A stretch of DNA of 64,000 nucleotides. Source: Owenia fusiformis. Its lineage: Eukaryota. The stretch lies in the NCBI GenBank assembly GCA_903813345.2, contig CAIIXF020000001.1, forward strand, positions 4,030,001-4,094,000. Direction: 5' to 3'. Both the position numbers and the translations under genes were made by a program. The notes under the pieces were generated by a model. It saw only the letters and a program-made list of their open reading frames with translations, was not told where the DNA came from and did no database searches. Below are positions 42,701 to 54,700 of the stretch, one piece after another; the stretch's first letter is position 1, and every line of letters starts with the position of its first letter.

Positions 42701-45700
42701 GACCCATGACCTGTATTTCTGTGTCCAGAATATGTTATTTACTCATATTCCATTACTCAAATCAATTTAACTAAACATTGACGAAACAGACACTCAATCT
42801 CTAATACTAATTCAAAAGGCATCTATACTGTATGATACATGTTTTACTGATGTCATAGATTGCTTTAACTATATAAACTTTCAACTACATAATTTAGTTC
42901 AAAAAATTATGAGGACATTTTCATAATATGTTACATCTAACATGCAGTTGGACCGGGAAATAGAACCTCAAAGTCCACAATTTTTCCATATTTTTTATGT
43001 TTTGGATGAGTTTATAGAATACATAGGTGTAATGTAATATCTCACCCAGGTCTATCACTTTAGATTCTGACAGTTCATCTCCAGAGAGGGTCACTGTGTA
43101 GTGAAATCTCTTCTCTATGCTTGATGTCCCAGAATAAATTCTCACTGTGTATGGTATATTCAGCATATCTAAATTATCTGCATTTGCTAAAAACAAAGAA
43201 AATGGTTGTTAAATCAAGAAGAACAGTATAGAATGACTTCAGGACCAGTTGGAATATAATTCAGTATGTATGCCTACTAACATTTACAATAAAAAACTGG
43301 TTTTAAATTCTTTCAAATACATATCAAATTTCCTTACGATTTACTTTCAAATCAGCTTCCAAATGGAAATATTTAGAATTCTCCAGGATGAGTTGATTGT
43401 TCTCTCCCTCAAGCTGAAAGATTAGATCACCACTCCTAACACTGCGAATACCCACATCAACTGCTGGTTGGTTATCTAGAACAAACATGTTTACACTATT
43501 TTGAATGAATATGGAAAATTAGATCACCACTCCTGACACTACAGACACCCACATCATCAGATGGTTGGTTCTCTAGAACGCAAGTTCATGTTATATTACA
43601 GGGTGTTATGTAAATATGTACCCCTCTAATCTTTAAACAAGACTTAAACATGCATAATATCACCACCTGCCATTTGTTACAGATGCCAAACACCAACCGC
43701 ACAATCACAAATATGGAGACCATAATGTGGTCACATAAAAAGTAAACCATGTTGACGGGTTAAAGCAAATACCAAGTACATGTATGAATACTGCATAGGT
43801 ACATGTACGAGGGTTGTCCCAGAAGTAATGCACTATATGTTCTAACTTTCTTTAATAATCATCAATTTAGCTGAAATTTTGTGTATATAACAATTGAAGT
43901 TTTATCTCTTATATCCTGAAGTTTCAGCATCCAATATTAATATTAAGTCTTAATATGGTTGCTATAACAACATGGGGGTAGGGGTGGGCGGGGCAGGTAC
44001 CAATTTTTATAATTATGAAAAGATCTAAAGTGTTATTTTATTAATATTTCTTTCCTCTAAATGGTCAAAATGTTTGGAAATTGTTAAATTTATTCAGCAT
44101 GATGTTAACCAAGTATGAATAATGACATTTAGCACTGTGATGCCATAATACCACATTTCAATAGTCACGAATTCAAATACAGTCACAGTCAAGAAATTGC
44201 AAAAATGGCTGCAATTCTCTCCTGATAACAGAAGGCCTTGTGTTTGGTGGCCTAATTTCATACTTCATCTGGACTCACAGCCAAGCAAAATGTATGCTAC
44301 TATGAAGAAAGTATATGAGGAGTATATACCAGATAGAACTACAATTATGGGGTGGCATAAGAGATTTCAAAGAGACGATTTGACCCTGTATGACAACTCC
44401 AAACATGGGAGGCAAAAACTCCACAAGTCACAGTGGAAGAAATTGCCGAGAGTGTTTGACCTGACAGGCATCAAAAGTACATAACACGCAAAGGGCAATA
44501 TTTTGAGAAAATGTGAAATGCGACACTGTGCAATATACATCCATTAAATCTAGGATGTGCTCAAAGTAATTTAGTATCTTAAAATGTATTTTTGAGCATA
44601 CTTCTTATAGCTACACCAAATGGTATACTAGTATGTTGATTAATTATTTCATATTTTCAATTTTTTATTCCTTTTGACGTGACTTTATAACCTGCCCCGC
44701 CCTACCCAAACTCACCAACTTGATTTTATTGTAACATCAATATAGTTTTATCAGTCAACATGAACATTTCTAGAATAATCAAAATGTCTCTAAGGAACAT
44801 TTACTGAAAATTTCATGGAAAAATATCAATTATTGATAAAGTTAGAGCATATAGTGCATTACTTCTGGGACAACCCTCGTATATGTACATTTGAGTATGT
44901 TCTTGTAAGATTCAATGTTGCCACAATAGAATGGGCCTTTAACAGGTAATATACTAGGGGTGGTTTACAAACCTGTTACACAGCTGACAGGTACAGCTTT
45001 GTAGTTGTTCTGAATCAAACTCTCTACATATCCATCAGCACCAGCAATGGTGGGGTTACGTGAGACCACCAATAGTATAATGTGATCCATCCCTAACTCA
45101 CACATACTCTCAGGTATAAGAACACTGCCAAATATCTGCAAGAAATTAATAACACTGTATAATGCCCAATTGGAGGTGAAAGTATACCAACTAGATTTTG
45201 ATATTGTTTGAATCACTGTAATCTGAGCATTTCTAATGCATAAGAGTAGCAACATGACTTTTCTCAACTTCACTGATATGCTTGCACATGCTGAGACTAT
45301 CCACAAAATCCCACACCTTATTTGTTGTGAATTCCAGTTGCAAACAGACTTGGTTAGTACTTCTAGAAGTGAGGATCCAACAGTGAACAATGCATGAAAT
45401 TCAGAGATTCAACTTTACATCATTACCTTTCAGTTTTCCCCCTGCACTTGTACTTAAATAATTACAGTTATCATTGATACTGTACAATACCTTGCCAAAT
45501 GACTTGCTGGTCTCTGTGTCATGTGATTCAGTAAACTGGGACCTATCCTCAAAGGGCATGATCCACTCGGGTGTAATATCAATTGCCTCTGCTACGTTCA
45601 GATTACTTCCATGTTGTCCATATAGCTGTAATAACAACACAATTTAGACAAACCATAACTTAGTAGCCTGGCCAGAACAAGTCATGCCTCTCTATTTTCT

Positions 45701-48700
45701 CAATAACTTTCTCAATTTTGAATATTTTTTCATGAAATTTTCACAGAATAAACTTTAAAGAATTCTGAACGCTACTATATTTGTATTACCAACACAACTA
45801 AACATACAACTACAACAACACAACTTGAAATAGAACAATTAAGACATATAGTTTATAAGAGAGTAGTTGGGTAGTAGAGTAGAGTATTAGTTGATCAGTA
45901 TTAGCTAAACAGTGTACTTTAAACAGAAGTTATGTGTTTGCTTACCTTGAATTCAAAATTGTCATCTCCATTATTTGTTTCAATATTGTTTGAATGTGCA
46001 TTATAGATATCTGCTTGAAATGTAAGAGTGACAGGCAGATCACCGTAGACTTCAGACTGTATATTAACATCAGCCACCATACTGTAGACATCTGAAATGA
46101 GAGAGAAACAGAGCATAAAATAATACAATGTATATACAGTTTACAAACTTTGGAAGGGATAGAGGTGATAGTCATTGCTACTTATAGCTTATTTGAGTAT
46201 CATTTTGGATATTGGGGGTTTGTCTTCCATATCATTGGCTGAACCCTTGGATATCTCTCATTGGTCTTTCCCCATTTGGCACTTGCACAATCATATATAT
46301 GTAAGCAAATTATGGAGTTATCTATCCTGGTAGTGTTAAGCAGTGTGCAAGAAGATTCTGGATTTACTGGTCAACAATGAATTATGAACAAGTTGGTAAA
46401 AAATTTTCAAGTAGATACTGAAAAATTCATCTGACCCAGATTGAAACGGACTTTGAGAAGTTGGGCTGGTGTTGATTTCACATCCTGTATCAAATTAATA
46501 TCTTTAGTCACCTCTACCATCAAGTTTTATGTAGTATTTGGACACCATTTTTACCTTCATCACATGCTATAAATGCCACTGCTGCTTTGATGTTGTTCAC
46601 TTTATTGGGCTCATCAATAGCATTAAGGTCATCTACTTGCATTATAATGTACACAGCACCACAATACTCTGGCACATGACTTGCCTCTAGCTCCTACAAT
46701 ACAAAATACATTTTTTAATATACTGGGATAATACTACACGATGTATATGTACAATATATCAGCTATAAACAAGACCATTTATTTGTATTTTACAGTACCA
46801 ACATTACCTGGCACAACTCCTAAATCTAGCTCCTACAAGACCATAAACAAATACAATATTCTGAAACAATACTATACAAAATACAAGTACAATGATCACA
46901 ATATACACATACAATATATTAGCTATTGCAGCAAAAATAATATTTTTACCCATTTCACAAATCATAAATCATGTAAAGGGCGTGTTCAAAATAGAGTAAG
47001 ACTCACCACTTTATTGCTAGCAGTAGCATCTATGACAATACTATTAGAGGAATCAAATGCTGCTCCCAATGTGCTTGCGTGAGGGCTAGTGTCATATCCC
47101 AAGTCTACGTCAGTGTCCATGTCTAGTTGGTCATCATGGGAGAGCCATAGCTTGAAGCTGAAGTGACCACCAGCATCTTGAACATATGACCTGGTTCCAA
47201 GTTCCTGAAAGAAAGTAAAATATAGTACTAGTTACTGTATGCAACTGCTACTGTTTCAGGTGACTGGCAAAAACATTTAGCTAAGAGCTAATCAAGGACC
47301 TTGACTACCTTCAATACCTGAATGAATTGATGCTAGAGGGGTATGTTGTATTGACATAGTTGGAAGCACAGAGATAGCTTCGATTTGATTTCTTGAGGAC
47401 CGAACCCAAACTTGCTGTATATGTAACTATATAAATTGTATAATGTACCTGTATAACAGCTTGGAATGGTAGTTTGCCATTGCCAGATGACTCCATACTG
47501 GAAATACTCAATGTGGAAACTGTTATGTCACTGAGATCTGAAAATCATGAATATTAACTGAACAGACTGGAACAAGGTACCATAACAAACCATGACACCC
47601 ATTATATAAAAGTGGTACCTTATAAGATTTTATATGAAACATATGAGACACCTTAGCCTACATCACTTATCCTAGCCATCACATTTTAACGGACTTAGTT
47701 CACATCACTAAGTTTAGACATGCCATCTTAATGCCCCTTTTTGCTTACAGTATTTTCCAGCTCTTACCTGTAGCTGCGTCACAGCTTACACCTGTAATGA
47801 CAATAACCTCATTGTCATTGTAGAGGTCTATAAATCCCTGGGGCATCCCTACACCTACACCTAAAGTCAGGTACCATTCACTGGAATGAAATAAATATCA
47901 CTGTACAAGTCCATCATGTATGAAGAATGCAGAGCTTTAAGCACATTGGTTGGAGAATTCAAAAATAAATCCCACATTAGACTAAAAGGTTGCCATTATA
48001 ATATTTCTTCTCACAACTTGTTTTAAAATGGCCACATACTGATCTAGCTTAGCAAAACATTACAGAATAGTAGAAAATCAAAACATAAAGAAAAATATTG
48101 TATTTTACTTTGCTTGTATCTTTGAGCACAGTACTGTATCAATGTCCAATGTCATCTTGAATGTGAACGTCAATGAATCACCAAACAAAAGCTGGTATGT
48201 GAGCTGTTCACGGTTGACGTCATCAAAGTCTATAGCCAGCATTGGTACTTCTATATCTGAGAGTCCCTCTTCTTTGTACACCTGGAAATGTGCAATAAAA
48301 CAAATTCTAGATTTCATTCCTGGATGGCATGACATTTTCACTTATATTAGACACATAAAAGGTTTGTATGAATCATAAACATTTAATTTTCAATAAATTG
48401 CTCATATCCCTTTAGTTTATCACAATATTAATCTATTAACTGCACTCACCTCAGGAACTAGATAAGGACTAGATTTCAGAAAAAGAAGGTTGCTACAATG
48501 AGGTTTGTTTAAGGAGTTCTAAATATCCACAATATACTACAAGACAAAAAGTGATAAATATTGCACTTAAAGGAGCAAAAAGTACACACCCAACAGCACA
48601 AGATAACAACAATATAGCACTTTGAAACATTCAAAAAAGTAATTTCATACCATAAAGTTGAAGTTTGGCTGTTGATTGGTTGATTCAGGTATGTCATAGC

Positions 48701-51700
48701 CCTGTCCATGTACATTAGTAACTGTCACAGAGACATCTATCTCACTAGGCCCAATTTCAAACAATGAAGGAGGGGTGATGTTCAAATCCTTCATTGCAAA
48801 TAAATCTAAAATACGGAAAATGGATAAAAATTAGATGCAGGAAAAAATTGATTACTCTACATATAAATGTAGATCATGAACTACAATAGTAGTTATAGGG
48901 AGTAGGGGTTGGTTAAGGTTTTTACACATTACTTATGACCTCACGTTGCCTTCATACAATATTTACAGTCTAGTGGTTACTACTAAAGATTTATAATTGA
49001 AGAATGGACAGTTTGTAAAAAGTATCAAACTAAAAGGAAAGGTATACCTCCAGGACATTTCAGTACCATCTCTCTTGTGACATAACTGTTTCTAAGTCTA
49101 GGGTCCTTGTTGTTTTGGACCAGTCTAGCATTCACATCTCCACTGGACACATCTGCAACATGCATTTTAATACAATCTTATTTTAGTACAACCTCAACAT
49201 AACAATTCAAGCAATCAACACACATCATCTATGAGATTTCAAACATTTCCTAGACCATCCACAATTTTATCCAACCATAAAATCCCTCAAAGAGAGATGT
49301 CAGAAAAACTGATTTCGATTTGAGAGATCAGGAAAAACAGGTTGTTATCCCTTATTTTACCTTCTAATCACCAAATGATCTAATACAAGCACACAGGCAT
49401 ACTTTTCACATCTAAATTGAGCTAAAATCAATTTAAGGCTTTTAATTAGGAGATCTCATACCAGGCCCTTTATTCTTCAAATCAAAGAGTACCACTGTGA
49501 AGTAGATTTTGCCACAGTATGAGCTAACATCAGCCTCTGCCAACATGAAATCATCATCTCCTAAACTGTGGATGGCAGTCTCCCCTGCTCCCACAGGAGA
49601 CTGCAGATCAGGCATATCAGGAGTGTAATCTGCAATATAATACCAAATTGTTTGTACACATTCACATGTGGCATTATGATCTCAAAAGCTTTCTATAGCC
49701 AAGGGAGCTATAAAAGGAATGCTGTATAATAGCCACACACAATAAAATGCAGGATCAAGAATCCCTGAGAAGACATTCTGATTGGATCTGTTTGAGGAAT
49801 TACCTATTTAATCTAAAGAGTAAACCAAATGAAACTCTTAGGAATGGGTAATGTATTGCATTGCATTGTATTCCATTGCATTGCATTGTATTGTATTATA
49901 TTACATTGTACTGTATAGTATTGTATTGCACTGGATTATATTGTATTGTATTGCACTCTCTTATTTCAATTCACTATATTATTTCTTACCTATTTCATAA
50001 TCAATATTTGCCTCATCTGTACTAAGGTAGAACTTATATTCATAGTTGTCTTCACCATCAGCAAATGATGTCACCCCATTGCCATTCACAGTGACACTCA
50101 CATTAAGGGTAAATGACGTTTCCTTGTCTATAGTGATCACATTAGTGGCCATACCATTCTTGTCTAACATCTCAAATTGGTCAACTGCCAAATCAATGTA
50201 AGCTAGAAAAAGAAAAAATGCATTCTAATGCTCATCATATCAAAGGTTCTTTCAAGATTGCGTATGTTAATTGATGACAATCCTAAGAACAAGGAAATAC
50301 CATCAAACATCTAATAAGTGTCAGACAAGACAGTAATAAGAAATTATTACTAAATGCCAACCATTTCAGAAATTCTTAAAAAATAGTCTTTATTTTTTCA
50401 TTTTTGCATGCATTTGCATATCAAAACACTGTAAAATAACACATATAAAATGGCCACATTTTTCATAATGGCCACCTACTAGACAAAATGTCATAAGACA
50501 TTACTACTTACAATCTGAACACTGAGTTGTTATAAAGCCACTGACATCCATTTGATGAGTTTGTACAGAATATCCCAATTCTAAAAGATGTTCCTCAGGT
50601 ATGATTTCAACTGTTACCTTCCTATCAGCATCAAACGCTGAACACTCTTCCGCAGAAACTTTTAACGCTCCTAGTGAAACAAAAACTCTTTTAAATAAAT
50701 ATTTAGAGAATGTAAATGTACATATACATGTATAACAAATTGTATGGTTGTTATAATCAACTGTCTTTTGTTCTGAGTCGATATGTTGCATAGTACATGT
50801 ATGTCAGGGAGACAGATAGGAAGCACTGTGATGCAACTTATTCAAAATGGCCTCAATTAATCAGATTTTTAGGAAGATTCAGGAAGACTGAAGCAGAGGA
50901 GGCAAAATGTTTTACAGAAAAATATTAAAGCAGACATTTTTCAATTGAAATTTTGAAAATGAAGGCTGATTCTAGTACATGTATAATATTGTCTTTAATC
51001 TATCTTTCACACCATCTCTCTTTTGCCTCCCCTATTTTAGATCCTGCCTTCACCCCTGTCATACAGATCCTTGACAAAACAATGGAAATATAAAGTGATG
51101 CCTCATAGAGTTCTTACCTTCAAAACTGACAGAGATAGTGTCATCTATTGGTTGATTAAGGCTGTTAGATGGGTCAACAAAATTTGTAATGTTTGTTGGG
51201 ATACCAGCATTGGAATCACCAAGGTAAACAAACACTTGGAAATTTCTACCACTTATAAATCTAGAGGTATCTTTGCCCTGGAAATTTCAACAAGGCATTA
51301 ACATGCAAAATGTCACAACCTGCCATTTGTTACAGATACGGACTGACAAACACCAACCACCAAACTCCATCCACAAAAAAAGATTATACCCATACAAACC
51401 ATCCTGTAAATTTTTTAAAAGTTTCGATCAGTTCTTTTTATTCAAAATACATAACTCTACTTGAGATGATTCCTTGGGAGAGCACTGAAACCACATATGT
51501 GATATAGTGCTACATGTGAAAATGCCTGTGATAACACTTTATTTATTGTATCCCACTTACCTCATGACTCAGATTAAGGTCAATTGTGAAGTTGTATTCT
51601 AAATCCTGCCAGATAACAGGTTCTGTTTGGACACCTTTTATCTCAGGCACAACTAAAATGCAACAATGCATGGTTTACTTTTCTCATATGACTAACAAAT

Positions 51701-54700
51701 ATACAGCCATCTTTACTCCATGCAAGATATTGCCATCTTTCATCCTAAAAAGTCACACGTGCAAGATGAGATTTACTTGTGACATCACTGGTCTATAAAC
51801 ATCAACAACATGGCAACAGGTACACCGTTAACGTTGCTATGGGTATTCATGCTCATTCTACAAAACTAAGCTGTGACGTCATAACAATGTAGCTTTGTTG
51901 CCACGCATATCCATGTATTTTCTACAATATCGGTATGAGGCCATAACAATTGAAAAAAAATGAAGTTCCATTAATTTCAAGCTATTTTTCACTTAGTTTT
52001 ATCATAAAAAGGTGAAAATATGGCATAATGCAGAGTCATATGAGAAAAACTTCCTTATACTCGTACCTGTGCAACATCGTCCATAATTGACTCGCTTTGA
52101 TAATGTTTCTTTATTTCGTCTGCGACTCGATAAAGAAAAATTATCGAAGCTCATCAAGAATGGACGATCTTGCACAGGTACTCATATAAGAACCTCTATT
52201 TATTATAGGATTTAAATGCAAAAACCTATCCATAAGATGAGAAGAAATGCACTGAATTCCATCACTGTATATGTAGTAAAACATGAGCCAAAGCCAAATA
52301 AAAGGACAACTGGATACTGAAACCTGAAGAAAATATGAACTCTGCTTTAGCATCTCAGATAATGCATACCAATACTGCATTCTGATTGGTCAGAGTGTGC
52401 TAATCTATACTTAACAATGTGTGAACACATTTCATCTGAAATAAAACATATTTCATCAAAGAACTATTTAATGAATAAAACAAGCCCTAAAGTAGTACCT
52501 TGTGATTGCCATTGTAACTTGGCATTATAATCTAATAATAATTAAATTAATCAAAAAAACAATTAAACCCCTCCCCTCGATTTAGCAGGTTGAAATTCAG
52601 TACACTTATTGAGGAAGGTATAAAGTTAAATTGACTGTCACATATTTAATCCTTATTTAATGAATCACAGTATGGTAACGATTTAATATATGACGATTTA
52701 GCTCCATTCTACCCATACAGTGCATGATGCCTACACATATTAATAATTAGTGTTTTGTACTTCATGACATCAGTTGGGGGTAGGCAATAAATGAGAAAAC
52801 CTATATTTGGAATCTTCAAAATATTAATATACTGAACCAGACACTTTTTTATTGCTATGTCGTGTGCCAATCACTATTAAAATCTAGAAAATTAGTATAA
52901 AAGCTGGACGTGTCAGCAAGGTGTGTTTAAGTCAAGTGATTGCTTCAGCGTGATGATCGATGAACTTTGGCGAAGGAATAAATCATCATTTCAAATGGCC
53001 AATGTAAAGATCTAGTTGATACACAAAGATGGGATATGTGACAATAAAAACAAAATGCGTGAAATGGATGATGCCATTGATTTTGAGAAGACAGAAATGA
53101 AAGAAATAAAAAATGATAATAAAAATTCTAACAAAGCCGATTAGAAACATAAAGACAGAAATCAAGATGATACTAAAGAACTGATTAAGAAAAAAGGATG
53201 AGTGTCATCAAAACCAAAATGGAGAAAAGTGATGACACCACTAGTTCTGAGATGACTGAAGTGAAAGAAATAAAACACGAAAATAAAGATTATAATGGCG
53301 AAATCATTGACATCATTGATTCTAAGAATACTGAGACGAAAGAAATAAAACAGGATAATAACGATTCTAATGAAACTGATACGAAACTTAAGGACACAAG
53401 TGGATGTGATACTAAAGGACATAACTCTGTATGTGATGCCAAAGTTAAATCTGTGGTAGCTATGATCAATGACAGTAAACCTGTTGCTATCAATATAAAG
53501 GTAACAATTTTGCCCACTGAGAATACAGGGGAATCTGACAATAAAGTGAAAATTGAGATATGTGAGATAGATAGGACCAGTGGTTCTGAGGATCCTGCAA
53601 TGGCTGAAGTCAAAGATGAAAACGAAGATGTAAACAAAGATATCAATGAAACTAAAACGAAAGATGACATCCAGGGGAGCAAGCACATTGGATTCTGGAA
53701 ATACGACATCTTGAGAACTCTCCTCATTTGCTAATGTTACGACTATCCATGCATGCCTAAATATCAGAAATGCTCGATCCATTGCTTCAGGCATCACTTG
53801 GTTGCTAATAGCAATAAGTGTGGCTACCATTGTCATCTTTGGACTAACTGAAAAGACAAAGTCATTTTTCAACTTTCCAACTGAGGATGCTCTCTACAGT
53901 GGAGAGGAAATAATTACATTTCCATCTATTACAGTGTGTTCAGTGGAACCCGTAAAGATGTCATCTCAACATGACAACCTACAAACATTCCGAAGGAATA
54001 CTTTGATCGTAAGTTCGCATTTTGAGAAGACAAAAGAGGTGATGCTACCACCATGTTCATTATACCAAGGGTATGATGTGCTTACCTTTTTCAACCGAAT
54101 GGCGTATATCAAAAAACGAACATTGTATTCTAATACAAGGTATGCAGAAAATCTGCAAGGCAAGGAAAATGAAGAGTTGTTTCGGAGTTATGAAGATCTT
54201 GTTTTGGAATGTCGATTCAATGGAGAAGTTTGTGACAAAAGTTCCTTTAAAAAGGTCTTCATACCCTTGTATGGTAACTGCTACACATTTGATACCAATG
54301 CCTCAGAAAGGTATATTGTGGCAGAAGCTGGTCCTGAGTCAGGTTTAATGATGATCTTGTTCATTAATTCCTACAATCCGATTGATTATAACACATTTGC
54401 ATACAAAAATGACCACACAACTGGTATAAATGCTTACATGAGTGACCACGCAACAGCAAGTGATGGAATTAGGTTAACGATACATGCACCAGGCACAATA
54501 CCTGAACCTGAAGAGAAGGGGATTGATCTCTCACCGGGACGTTTAACTGCTATTGGCCTTTCACAAGATGTGCGGACCTTAATGAAACAGCCATATGGGG
54601 AGTGTTCTGAGGAACTCTTCAACAAGGACACATCCTTTACTTACACTACAGATTTGTGTTATCGACAATGTATGCAAGAACTCACAATGCGTAAATGTGG

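Noticed and set aside
53162-53872. Hydrophobic minus-strand ORFs of 236 and 145 aa
   Set aside because: Antisense shadows of the Lys/Glu/Asp-rich N-terminus of the DEG/ENaC pseudogene.
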